The notes under the pieces were generated by a model. It worked only from the letters and a program-made list of their open reading frames with translations. It was not told the DNA's origin and made no database searches. This document shows, in pieces, positions 1 to 9,031 of a stretch of 64,000 bases of DNA. The DNA is taken from contig JADZAC010000002.1 in NCBI GenBank assembly GCA_020852835.1, forward strand, positions 246 through 64,245, read 5' to 3'. A program made the position numbers and the translations under genes. Source of the DNA: Flavobacteriales bacterium. GTDB taxonomy: Bacteria > Bacteroidota > Bacteroidia > Flavobacteriales_F > PHOS-HE28. Within the stretch, counting starts at the first letter, position 1, and every line of letters starts with the position of its first letter.

Positions 1-1103
1 ACCAGACCAGCACCTTCGAGCAGGAAGGGCCCGGCATCAACAAGGGCTTTGACTACAGCCGCACCAACAACCCCACGCGCCAAGCCTTCGAGCAACTGCT
101 CGCCGAGCTGGAGGGCGGCACGCGTGGCATCGCCTTCAGCAGCGGGCTCGCCGCCGTGGACGCGGTGTTGAAGCTGCTCAGCGCCGGCGACGAGATCATC
201 GCCGTGGACGACATCTACGGTGGCACCTACCGCGCGCTGCACACCATCTACAACTGGCTTGGCATCACCGTGAAGCACGTGGACACCAGCGATCCCGGCA
301 ACGTGCTCGAGGCCATCACGCCCAAGACGAAGCTGGTGTGGCTGGAAACGCCCACCAACCCCACGCTCAAGGTGAGCGACATCCGCGCCATCGCCTCCAT
401 CTCCAAGGCTTCCGGCGCGCTGCTGCTGGTGGACAACACCTTCGGCTCGCCCGTGGCGCAGCAACCGCTGAAGCTCGGCGCGGACATCGTGCTCCACAGC
501 ATCACCAAGTACATCGCCGGCCACAGCGACGTGATCGGCGGCGGCATCGTGGTGCGAGATCAGGAGCTTGGCGAGCGGATCAAGTACATCCAGAACGCCA
601 CCGGCGCGGTGCTGGGTCCGCAGGACAGCTGGCTCGCCATCCGCGGCGCGCAAACGCTGCACCTCCGCTACGAGCGCATCAGCCGCAGTGCGCAGCAGGT
701 GGCTGAGTTCCTGCAACAGCACCCGGCCGTGGCGGGCGTGAATTATCCCGGCCTGCGTACGCACCCCAACCACCTGGTGGCCCGCTCGCAGTCCGCTGCC
801 TTTGGCGGTGTGATCAGCTTCTGGCTGAAGGATGATCGCGAAGGGGCCGCCGTGCAACTGGTGAAGCACACCCGCCTGTTCACCTTGGCCGAAAGCCTGG
901 GCGGCGTGAAGAGCCTGCTGTGCGTGCCTGCGCGCATGACCCATGCCTCCGTGCCCCGCGAAGCCCGCATCGCCGCCGGCATCCACGACAGCCTCGTGCG
1001 CATCAGCATTGGCCTGGAGCACCCGGACGACCTGGTGGAAGACCTTGCCGGGGCCATCAGCGCAGCGGAGAATTGCTCCGTGGAACAAACCCTTCACGCC
1101 TGA
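1..1103 (+). CDS. Cys/Met-metabolism PLP-dependent enzyme (cystathionine gamma-synthase/beta-lyase family), 5' end outside window
   Basis: Frame 3 is open from nt 3 (QTSTFEQEGPGINKGFDYSRTNNPT...) and continuous with ORF 156..1103. PLP-lysine context SITKYIAGHSDV. Typical trans-sulfuration enzyme length and motifs. Confidence 0.85.
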   Translation, partial: QTSTFEQEGPGINKGFDYSRTNNPTRQAFEQLLAELEGGTRGIAFSSGLAAVDAVLKLLSAGDEIIAVDDIYGGTYRALHTIYNWLGITVKHVDTSDPGNVLEAITPKTKLVWLETPTNPTLKVSDIRAIASISKASGALLLVDNTFGSPVAQQPLKLGADIVLHSITKYIAGHSDVIGGGIVVRDQELGERIKYIQNATGAVLGPQDSWLAIRGAQTLHLRYERISRSAQQVAEFLQQHPAVAGVNYPGLRTHPNHLVARSQSAAFGGVISFWLKDDREGAAVQLVKHTRLFTLAESLGGVKSLLCVPARMTHASVPREARIAAGIHDSLVRISIGLEHPDDLVEDLAGAISAAENCSVEQTLHA

Positions 1104-1106
1104 TCC

Positions 1107-2291
1107 ATGAGCACTTCCCCATTGACCATCGGCACCTTCGGCCACGGCTGCGTGGGCCAGGGCTTTTTGGAACTGCTCAACGCCAACGGCGGCACGGCTG
1201 CACAGGTGAAGCACGTCTGCGTAAAGGATCGCCAACGCACCCGTGATGTGGGCACCGCGCGCCTCACCTACGAAGCGCTGGACATCCTCACCGATGAACA
1301 GGTCAGCACCATCGTGGAGCTCACCAACGACGCCGACCTCGCGCTGGACGTGATCCGCAAGGCGCTGCTCACCGGACGCAACGCCATCACCGCCAGCAAA
1401 AAGGTGGTGGCGGAGCACCTCGCGGAGCTCATCGCGTTGCAGCGTTCAACCGGCCGTTCCCTGCTATACGAAGCTTCGTGCGCAGCGAGCATCCCCGTGC
1501 TGCATGCGCTGGAGACGCACTTCAGCGGCGAACGCGTGGAGCGCATCGAGGGCATCCTCAACGGCACCACCAACTACATCCTCACCAGGATGGAGGAAGG
1601 CGCTTCGCCCGAAGATGCGCTGAGGCAGGCACAGGAGCAAGGCTTCGCGGAGACCGACCCCACTGCGGACCTGCGCGGCGATGATGCCCGCTACAAGCTC
1701 ACCATCCTGATGGCCCATGCCTTCGGCACGGTGGTGGAGCCCAAGCGGATCTTCCGTTGCGGCATCCGGCAACTGCACCAACAGGACATGGACCATGCGG
1801 CCTCCATCGGTTGCGTGGTGCGGGTAGTGGCCAGCGCCCAGCTTGTGAATGGAAAAGTGACGGCCCGCGTGCTGCCCACCTTCGTGCCCCGCAACAACGC
1901 TTTTGCCCAGGTGCGCAATGAATACAATGCCGTGCGCATCACCGGGCGGCATTCGGGCGAGCACCTGCTGCAAGGCAAGGGCGCGGGCCGCCTGCCCACG
2001 GGACTGGCCGTGCTCAGCGATGTGCAGCGCCTGGTGCGCGGCGGCGGCTATGCCTACGCCAAGGTGAACACGGACGCGCCGGTATTGTCCGATGGCCAGG
2101 AACGGCTGTCCATCTACCTGCGGCTGCCGGAAACCCACCAGGGGGCGATCCAGCATTTCGATCGGCTGCACAGCATCGAGGCCGGCGATGGCCACATCCG
2201 GATCACGGGAACCATCGCCTTGGCGGAACTGGCGGAACTGCTCGGTCAAGGCCGTGATGGCTTCCAAGTGATCGCGCTGCCTCATCTTTGA
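1107..2291 (+). CDS. hom: homoserine dehydrogenase
   Basis: 394 aa. N-terminal NAD-binding GxGxxG-like FGHGCVGQG. Central catalytic region and C-terminal ACT-like region. Lies 4 nt after the upstream stop. Confidence 0.85.
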   Translation: MSTSPLTIGTFGHGCVGQGFLELLNANGGTAAQVKHVCVKDRQRTRDVGTARLTYEALDILTDEQVSTIVELTNDADLALDVIRKALLTGRNAITASKKVVAEHLAELIALQRSTGRSLLYEASCAASIPVLHALETHFSGERVERIEGILNGTTNYILTRMEEGASPEDALRQAQEQGFAETDPTADLRGDDARYKLTILMAHAFGTVVEPKRIFRCGIRQLHQQDMDHAASIGCVVRVVASAQLVNGKVTARVLPTFVPRNNAFAQVRNEYNAVRITGRHSGEHLLQGKGAGRLPTGLAVLSDVQRLVRGGGYAYAKVNTDAPVLSDGQERLSIYLRLPETHQGAIQHFDRLHSIEAGDGHIRITGTIALAELAELLGQGRDGFQVIALPHL

Positions 2292-2303
2292 CAACTCCAG
2301 CTC

Positions 2304-2350
2304 CCTCAGCGGTCTCCCGAAGGGGACCCTGAGGTTGCAAGTTTTCCATT
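2304..2350 (+). terminator. GC-rich hairpin (ccctcag-c-ggtc-tccc gaa ggg(g)-gacc-ctgagg) followed by a T-rich tract ttgcaagttttccatttt; candidate intrinsic terminator or attenuator between hom and lysC
   Basis: Inverted repeat read directly from the sequence, 13 nt after the hom stop and 11 nt before the lysC ATG region. Confidence 0.45.
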
Positions 2351-2360
2351 TTGATCTGCA

Positions 2361-3617
2361 TTGATGAAAGTCTTCAAATTCGGCGGCGCCAGCGTGAAGG
2401 ATGCACAGGGCGTGCGCAATGTGGCGCGCGTGCTGGAGGCGTTCAAACAGGACGATCTCCTCATCGTGGTGAGCGCCATGGGCAAGACCACCAATGCGCT
2501 GGAAGAGGTGGTGAAGGCCTATCGCGAAGGGCGCAATGCGAAGCCGTTGATCCTGGCGTTACAGGGCATGCACGCATCCGCATTGGAAGAGGTGGCCCCG
2601 GAGGATGGTGATTCCTCGACGGCGTTGATGTTGTCTTTCGAGGCGCTGAAGCACTATGTCACGCAGCCCGTGCAACATGCGGAAGACCGCGATTACGACA
2701 TGATCGTGGCCTTCGGGGAGGTATGGAGCACGCTGATCGTAAGCGCCTACCTCAACGCCTCAGGTTTTGCGAACCAGTGGGTGGACGCCCGCAAGATCAT
2801 CACCACCGATGCGCGGCACCGCGCGGCCAACGTGAAGTGGGACCGGCTGGAAGAGAACTGCGCCACGCACCTGCCCTCGTTCGCCGCACAGCCGCACCGC
2901 ATCGTTACCCAAGGGTTCATCGGCAGCACGGAAGAGGGCATCACCACCACGCTGGGGCGCGAAGGCTCGGACTTCAGCGCGGCGATCTTCGCCTATGCCC
3001 TGGGCGCGGAGAGCGTCACCATTTGGAAGGATGTGCCCGGCATGTTCAACGCCGACCCCAACAAGTTCCCGGATACCAGGCTGCTCGCGCACATCAGCTA
3101 CAAGGAGGCCATCGAACTGAGCTACTTCGGCGCCAGCGTGATCCACCCGCGCACGTTGCAACCGCTCCAGCGCAAAGGCATCCCGCTCTACGTGCGCTCA
3201 TTCATCGACCTGTCCGCGCCGGGCAGCACCATCAGCGAGGCCACTGATCACGACACGCTGATCCCGTCCTTCATCGTGAAGCCGGACCAGCTGCTGTTGA
3301 GCATCACCCCGCGCGACCTCAGCTTCATCGTGGAAGAGAACCTCGGCGGCATCTTCAAGCTCTTCGCCGCGCGCAACGTGCGCATCGCGCTGATGCAGAA
3401 CAGCGCCGTGGCATTCACCGTGGCCGTGGACGACACGCCGCGCGCCCGCCAGCTGATCGAGGAGCTGGGCAAGGAGTACGAGGTGCGGTACAACGAAGGT
3501 TGCGAGCTGATCACCGTGCGCCACTTCGACGAGGCCACCTTGGCAAGCCTGTTGAAAGGCAAGGAGCCGCTGATCGAACAGCGCTCACGCGTTACGGCGC
3601 GGTACGTGGTGAAGTGA
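2361..3617 (+). CDS. lysC: aspartate kinase (monofunctional)
   Basis: 418 aa. N-terminal KFGGASV kinase motif. C-terminal tandem ACT-like regulatory region. Confidence 0.9.
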   Translation: MMKVFKFGGASVKDAQGVRNVARVLEAFKQDDLLIVVSAMGKTTNALEEVVKAYREGRNAKPLILALQGMHASALEEVAPEDGDSSTALMLSFEALKHYVTQPVQHAEDRDYDMIVAFGEVWSTLIVSAYLNASGFANQWVDARKIITTDARHRAANVKWDRLEENCATHLPSFAAQPHRIVTQGFIGSTEEGITTTLGREGSDFSAAIFAYALGAESVTIWKDVPGMFNADPNKFPDTRLLAHISYKEAIELSYFGASVIHPRTLQPLQRKGIPLYVRSFIDLSAPGSTISEATDHDTLIPSFIVKPDQLLLSITPRDLSFIVEENLGGIFKLFAARNVRIALMQNSAVAFTVAVDDTPRARQLIEELGKEYEVRYNEGCELITVRHFDEATLASLLKGKEPLIEQRSRVTARYVVK

Positions 3618-3640
3618 GAGGTGCCGAATAGATTCGCGCC

Positions 3641-4660
3641 ATGTTCGCACCGCGATCCCTAAGAGCCTGTGCAGCCGCTGCCTTGTTGCTTTGCTTTACG
3701 CTGAAGCCCGCCTATGGGCAAATGGACCGGGCCGACAGCCTGAAAGCCGTGATCGCGCAGCAGCGCGCCACTTTGGTACTAGCAGACAGCACCCGGGACC
3801 GGCAGGCCGGGTTCGAAGCCAGGATGCACCTGTCGGAACTGGTGGGGCGCAGCGAGGCGATCGCCTTGATGACGCAGGCAGCGGCCCTTGCCGACAGCAT
3901 GGACCGCCCGGACCTGGGTGCGATGGCGCATCGGCTGCTGTCCGGAAAGTGGGCAAGTGCAGGAGCGTTTGAGAAGGCGTATGTGGAAGTGGTTGCGGCT
4001 GATTCCCTGCAAATGCGGAGCGACCGGCGTGAGGCTGAACAGGATGCGGACCTCCGCGCGCGGGAGCTTCAGCGAATGGCGGGGGAACGCGACAGCTTGC
4101 TCCAGGTTTCCGCGGACCGCGACCGGCGCATGGCCCAGGCCATCCACGAGCTGCAGCAACGCACGGATGCCTGGATGTACGGCGCCTTGGCCGCCATGGC
4201 CATTGGCCTGCTTTTGCTGGTAGGCCTCTTGTACCGCCATGGCAGCATCACCGGCAGGTTGCGCGCCACCATTGCCGAGCTGCGCGCGGAAGTGGATGCG
4301 TTGAAAACGCGGGCGGCACGTGCAACGCAGGCACCGCAACCTAGGCCGCAACCGGAGGCGACCCCTGTGGCGGATGCGCTGAACCTCGCCGACGCGGGCA
4401 TGCAGGCCATGGCCGCCGGCAAGTTCCGCCAGGACGGACCCGAACGGTTGGCCACGCTGTTGGACGCCCGCCAGCGCGGCGATCACGACAAGGTGCTGCG
4501 CGTAGTCGCTTCGCTCAAGCCGCAGCTCCTGGGTTTTGATGCCGAGCGCTGCGCACCGCTCATCGCCCGCCTCAGGATCCCGGGCGCAGCCGGGGACCCG
4601 CTGCAATGGAATGCAGACCTCGACGCCTTGGAGGCCGCCGTGCGCGACTTGTTGAAATGA
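3641..4660 (+). CDS. hypothetical signal-peptide protein with one internal TM helix and coiled-coil-like charged regions
   Basis: N-terminal MFAPRSLRACAAAALLLCFTLKPAYGQ signal-like segment. Hydrophobic stretch YGALAAMAIGLLLLVGLLY. Composition is protein-like, unlike the antisense ORF 3779..4696. Confidence 0.5.
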   Translation: MFAPRSLRACAAAALLLCFTLKPAYGQMDRADSLKAVIAQQRATLVLADSTRDRQAGFEARMHLSELVGRSEAIALMTQAAALADSMDRPDLGAMAHRLLSGKWASAGAFEKAYVEVVAADSLQMRSDRREAEQDADLRARELQRMAGERDSLLQVSADRDRRMAQAIHELQQRTDAWMYGALAAMAIGLLLLVGLLYRHGSITGRLRATIAELRAEVDALKTRAARATQAPQPRPQPEATPVADALNLADAGMQAMAAGKFRQDGPERLATLLDARQRGDHDKVLRVVASLKPQLLGFDAERCAPLIARLRIPGAAGDPLQWNADLDALEAAVRDLLK

Positions 4661-4673
4661 TCGGCCCGGGGCC

Positions 4674-5534
4674 TTACCCAACGGTACGGGCACCATGGTC
4701 CCGGAGCAGCCGCATGGCCAGCTCCGGCCGGTCCGTGATCAACCCGTCCACGCCCAAGGCGATCATGCGGCGCATGTCAGCCGCCTCATTCACCGTCCAG
4801 GTCAGCAGGCCCATGCCGCGTGACCGCACTTCGGCCACCACGGCAACATCGATCTGGTGGTGTTCCGGGCTGTAATACGCCGGCGTGAAATCCAGCAGGT
4901 GCAGGTTTTCCGCCATGCTTGCCCTGTTCTCCACCAACAGGGCCAAGGGGATCGAAGGGTCCGTCCGGTGCATTACTTCCAGGATGGCGGGGTCGAAGCT
5001 TTGCACCAGGCAATGCCCGTGCAGGCCGACCACATGGATCTCCTGCACCATGCGCTGCGCGAACACGGCCGGTGATGGCTGATAGGTGCCATACCAAGCA
5101 GGATCGCTTTTTACCTCAATGTTGAAGCGCGGCATGGGCATCGAATTTTCCGCGCACTCCCTGTGAACGTGCGCATGGACTTCGGTGAGCGTCGGCTTCC
5201 AGGTGGCAAAGGCGCCTGCAGGAAGCAGGTGGTAGCGCTGCACTTCCTCCACGGACATCTTGAAGATGTTCGCCGAACGACCTGCCTCCTCGCTCAGTGG
5301 CATCCCTGCGGGGCCGGTGCACGTGGCGGGGTCCATCCATGGTTCATGGCTCACCAGCACTTCGTTATCGCCGGTGATCACCACGTCCATCTCCAGCCAA
5401 TGGCAGCCGGTGCGCGCGGCCTCCAGGAAGGCCTTCACGGAATTGGCCGGGAAGGGGCCGCAACAGCCACGATGGCCATGGACCTCTGTGATCGCGGATG
5501 CATCCATCCTGCCCATCCTGTTCATCCTGTCCAC
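4674..5534 (-). CDS. glycerophosphodiester phosphodiesterase family protein
   Basis: HRG motif (EVHGHRG) and EMDV motif typical of the GDPD family. The start may be one of several Met between 5507 and 5534. Confidence 0.75.
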   Translation of the reverse strand: MDRMNRMGRMDASAITEVHGHRGCCGPFPANSVKAFLEAARTGCHWLEMDVVITGDNEVLVSHEPWMDPATCTGPAGMPLSEEAGRSANIFKMSVEEVQRYHLLPAGAFATWKPTLTEVHAHVHRECAENSMPMPRFNIEVKSDPAWYGTYQPSPAVFAQRMVQEIHVVGLHGHCLVQSFDPAILEVMHRTDPSIPLALLVENRASMAENLHLLDFTPAYYSPEHHQIDVAVVAEVRSRGMGLLTWTVNEAADMRRMIALGVDGLITDRPELAMRLLRDHGARTVG

Positions 5535-5543
5535 AGTATCCGT

Positions 5544-6494
5544 TCAAAACTTCCCCTCCTCGATGTCCCGAAGGATCTTGTCCGCAAGCACGTTGGCCAG
5601 TTTGAAGTAGCTCTCCTCCGTGATGCCCGCCACGTGCGGGCTCAGCAGCACCTTCTCGCAGGCTTTCAGCCGCTGGAGCGTTTCATTTCCGCGTGCATCA
5701 CGCAGGCCCTTCAAGGATCGTTCCTCGAACTCCAGCACGTCCAGGCAGGCGCCGCGCACCTTGCCTGCATCGATGGCGTCCAGCAGGGCGGCCGTATCAG
5801 TGATCGGACCGCGCGCAGTGTTGATGAACCACACCGGTTTGGCACAACGCGCGAAGAAGGCCGCATCGGCGTAATGTGTTGTTTCCGGCGTCAGTGGCAG
5901 GTGCAGGCTGATCACGTCGCAGCGCTCCTGCAGTTCATCCAGTACAACTTCCGCCACCTGTTCATTCCCGAAGCCGCTGCGGTACTTGTCGTGGGCCAGC
6001 ACCTTCACGCCAAAGCCATGCAGGCGCTGGGAAAAGGCGGTGCCCATCTGCCCGAAGCCGATGATGCCCACGGTGCTGCCGCAAAGCTCCCGGCCGCTGT
6101 TGGACACGCGGTCCCAGATGCCGTGGCGCACTTCGCGATCGGCCTTGGGCAGGTGGTTCATCAAGGCCAGGAGCATGCCCAAGGCATGTTCGGCCACGGC
6201 ATCGCGGTTGCCCTCCGGTGAGTTGTACAGCTTGATGCCGCGGGCGGCACATGCTTCTTTGTCGATGTTTTCCATCCCCGCACCGCAGCGCGCAATGAAG
6301 CGCAGCTTAGGAGCGTGCAGAAGCACTGCTTCATCGATCATCAGCCTGCTCCGTACCACCAGCCCTTCGGAATCATGCAGTTGGCGCAACAAGGCTTCGC
6401 CGGTGTACTCGCCCAGGTCCTCACAGGTGTGGCCTGCCACCGTGAGGCGGGTGCTTAGCACGGGGTGCACCGTGTCGATGAAATTGACCTTCAT
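5544..6494 (-). CDS. D-isomer-specific 2-hydroxyacid dehydrogenase (phosphoglycerate dehydrogenase-like)
   Basis: Real start MKVNFIDTV at 6494 (cat at 6492-6494). NAD-binding GFGQMGTA motif. The 499-aa ORF 5544..7043 is an in-frame upstream run-on through the mgtE antisense strand. Confidence 0.8.
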   Translation of the reverse strand: MKVNFIDTVHPVLSTRLTVAGHTCEDLGEYTGEALLRQLHDSEGLVVRSRLMIDEAVLLHAPKLRFIARCGAGMENIDKEACAARGIKLYNSPEGNRDAVAEHALGMLLALMNHLPKADREVRHGIWDRVSNSGRELCGSTVGIIGFGQMGTAFSQRLHGFGVKVLAHDKYRSGFGNEQVAEVVLDELQERCDVISLHLPLTPETTHYADAAFFARCAKPVWFINTARGPITDTAALLDAIDAGKVRGACLDVLEFEERSLKGLRDARGNETLQRLKACEKVLLSPHVAGITEESYFKLANVLADKILRDIEEGKF

Positions 6495-7885
6495 GAAAGG
6501 ATCTGCCAGAGGAACATGGAGGCAATGGAGAAGTAGATCACCAGGCCGGTAACGTCCACCACCGTGGCCACGAACGGCGCGGATGCGGCGGCGGGGTCCA
6601 TGCCCAGGCGCTTGAGCAGCAGCGGGAACAAGGAACCCACCAGGTTGCCCCAGAGCACTACGCCCACCAAGGAGAGGGCCACCACCAGGCCCACGAGCAT
6701 CCAGTGGGGGCCGTAGACGTTGACGAACTGGCTCCAGATGGCCACCCGCGTAAAGCCCACCACCGCCAGGATCAGGCCCAGGATGAGGCCCACGCTGGCT
6801 TCGCGACGGAAGATGCGCCACCACTCCTTCACAGTGATGTCGCCCAAGGCGAGGGCCCGGATGATGAGCGTGCTGGCCTGCGATCCGGTGTTGCCGCCGC
6901 TGGAGATGATCAGGGGCACGAAGAGCGCGAGCACCACCGCTTTTTCGATCTCGTCCATGTAAAAGCCCATGGCGGTGGCCGTGAAGCTCTCCCCGATGAA
7001 CAGCACGATGAGCCACCCCACGCGCTTCTTCACCATCTCCCACAGGCCGCTGCTGCTGTAGGAATATTCCAGGGCTTCCATGCCGGCCATGCGGTGGGCA
7101 TCCTCGGTTTCCTCCTCGCGGATCGCATCCACCACGTCGTCGATGGTGATGCGGCCCAGCAGCTTGCCGCGGTCGTCCACCACGGGCAAGATCACCAGGT
7201 CGTATTTCTCCATGATGCGGCTGGCCTCCTCCACGTGCTCATGCGCGCGTATGCTGATCACGCCGGGGTCGTAGACCTCCTTGACCGGCGCGCGCAGGCT
7301 GGTGGTGAGCAGGGCCTTGATGGGGATGGTGCCCACCAGGCGGTCGTGGTCGTCCACCACCAGGATCACATAGACGTCGTCCACATGTTCGGCATGGGTG
7401 CGCAGCACGCGCACGCAGTCCAGCATGCTGCTGCTGTCGTTCACCTTCACCAGTTCCTTGGCCATCAGGCCGCCGGCGGTGTGCTCGTCGTAGGTGAGCA
7501 GTTCGCTGATCTCCTTGCGCTGCGCCTCGTCTTCGATATTGGCCAGCACCTCGTCGCGCACTTCGTTGGGCAGCTCCGCGATCACGTCGGCGGCGTCGTC
7601 CGAGTCGATGTGCTCGATCAGTTCTTCGGCGATCTCCTTGCCGGTGTAGTTGCCCAGGAGCACGTCCCGCCGGTCTTCCGCCACTTCGAGCACCACTTCG
7701 GCGGCGAGCTCGGGCTCCAGCCGTTCAAAGAGGTATTGTGCTTCCTTGAGGTGGAGCTGGTCGAGGATCTCGGCGATGTCCGCCGGGTGCAGGTCCTTCA
7801 CGGCATCCAGCAGTTCTTGGTCGCGCTGCTGCGCGATATGCTCCTGGATCCGTTCCAGGTTGGCTTTGCTCAGGGTGAAGGTCAT
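6491..7885 (-). CDS. mgtE: magnesium transporter MgtE
   Basis: 464 aa with an N-terminal domain, tandem CBS domains and a C-terminal TM domain carrying GGNTGSQ. ATGA overlap with the downstream gene. Confidence 0.9.
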   Translation of the reverse strand: MTFTLSKANLERIQEHIAQQRDQELLDAVKDLHPADIAEILDQLHLKEAQYLFERLEPELAAEVVLEVAEDRRDVLLGNYTGKEIAEELIEHIDSDDAADVIAELPNEVRDEVLANIEDEAQRKEISELLTYDEHTAGGLMAKELVKVNDSSSMLDCVRVLRTHAEHVDDVYVILVVDDHDRLVGTIPIKALLTTSLRAPVKEVYDPGVISIRAHEHVEEASRIMEKYDLVILPVVDDRGKLLGRITIDDVVDAIREEETEDAHRMAGMEALEYSYSSSGLWEMVKKRVGWLIVLFIGESFTATAMGFYMDEIEKAVVLALFVPLIISSGGNTGSQASTLIIRALALGDITVKEWWRIFRREASVGLILGLILAVVGFTRVAIWSQFVNVYGPHWMLVGLVVALSLVGVVLWGNLVGSLFPLLLKRLGMDPAAASAPFVATVVDVTGLVIYFSIASMFLWQILS

Positions 7886-7940
7886 CGGGCCGTGCGGGGT
7901 AGAGGTTGCGCGGGGAGGCCCGCGAAACTACGCCAGCCGA

Positions 7941-8726
7941 TCAGGCGGCACTGCCCGGGGGGGCCGTGCAGGCGGCGGCCAGCTCCAGGAAGTCTTCCAC
8001 GGAGAGTTCCTCGGCGCGTTTGCGGGCGTACTGCTCCGGAAGCTTGCCGCCCAAGGGGGCGAAGTTCTTGAGCGCGTTGTGCAGGGTTTTCCTGCGTTGC
8101 CCGAAGGCGGCCTTCACCAAGGCGGTGAGGAGTTTTTCGCCCACGGGCAGCGAGGTGCGCCCGTTGCGGCGCATGCGGATCACCGCGCTGCGCACTTTGG
8201 GCGGCGGGATGAACGCATCGGCTTCCACGATGAACAGGGGTTCCACCGCGTACCAGAGCTGCGCCAGCACGCTGGTGATGCCATAGGTCCGGCTGCCCGG
8301 CCCCGCGCAGAGCCGGTCGGCCACTTCCTTCTGGAACATGCCCACCACTTCGGGCACGCTGTCCCGGTGCTCGAGCACTTTGAAGATGATCTGCGTGCTG
8401 ATGTTGTACGGGAAGTTGCCGATCACGGCCAGTGGCGGGGCGGCCACGGTGGGCAGGTCCAGCTGCAGCAGGTCGCCGTGCACCACCCGCAGCGCGGGCC
8501 ATTTGGCACGCAGGTGTGCCACGGACTCGGCATCCAGCTCAATGCAGGCCAGCTCGATGTCCGTGCGCTCCAGCAGGTGCGTGGTGAGGGCACCGGTGCC
8601 CGGGCCCACTTCCAGCACCCGCACATAGCCGCCGTGGAAGGTGAGGCTGTCCGCGATGCGCCGGGCGGCCTCCGCATCCTTGAGGAAGTGCTGGCCGAGG
8701 TGCTTTTTGGCGCGGACGAAGTTCAT
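7941..8726 (-). CDS. rsmA: 16S rRNA (adenine1518/1519-N6)-dimethyltransferase RsmA/KsgA
   Basis: Start MNFVRAKKHLGQHFL at 8726. SAM-binding VLEVGPGTGALT. The 500-aa ORF 7941..9443 is an N-terminal run-on artefact. Confidence 0.9.
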   Translation of the reverse strand: MNFVRAKKHLGQHFLKDAEAARRIADSLTFHGGYVRVLEVGPGTGALTTHLLERTDIELACIELDAESVAHLRAKWPALRVVHGDLLQLDLPTVAAPPLAVIGNFPYNISTQIIFKVLEHRDSVPEVVGMFQKEVADRLCAGPGSRTYGITSVLAQLWYAVEPLFIVEADAFIPPPKVRSAVIRMRRNGRTSLPVGEKLLTALVKAAFGQRRKTLHNALKNFAPLGGKLPEQYARKRAEELSVEDFLELAAACTAPPGSAA

Positions 8727-9031
8727 GCGGTATGGACCACCTCCAGCAGGGTGCGGAACGCGATGACCTTTCCGCCGTAGTATTTCTCGGTTTCCGCCCG
8801 CAGCCGGTCGGCATGGTTGGCCACGTATGCGTCGTATTCGCCCATGTTCGGGCAGGTGTATTGCACGGCGTAGGTGGTGCCGCTGTCTCCCTCGCTCAGC
8901 ACGCGGCAGATGCGGGCATCGAGGAAATGCCCGGTGGCCATCACGGCAGGCAGGTGGGTGTGGCGCATCCAGGCGAGCCACATCTCGTGCACTTCGCGAT
9001 CCACGCTGAGGGTGACGTTGTAGATGATCAT
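8723..9031 (-). CDS. DUF4286-like small conserved protein
   Basis: Start MIIYNVTLSVD at 9031, with ATGA overlap with the upstream TPR gene. About 102 aa. This family is commonly next to rsmA in Bacteroidota. Confidence 0.55.
   Translation of the reverse strand: MIIYNVTLSVDREVHEMWLAWMRHTHLPAVMATGHFLDARICRVLSEGDSGTTYAVQYTCPNMGEYDAYVANHADRLRAETEKYYGGKVIAFRTLLEVVHTA

Noticed and set aside
3779-4696. 305-aa minus-strand ORF antisense to the 3641..4660 hypothetical protein
   Set aside because: Junk-like composition rich in R/G/H/A. The plus-strand frame has a signal peptide, a TM helix and balanced composition.
5544-7043. 499-aa ORF extending the 2-hydroxyacid dehydrogenase upstream
   Set aside because: The first 183 residues (Gly/Arg/His/Pro-rich) are antisense to mgtE. 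The true start is MKVNFIDTV at 6494, overlapping mgtE by ATGA.
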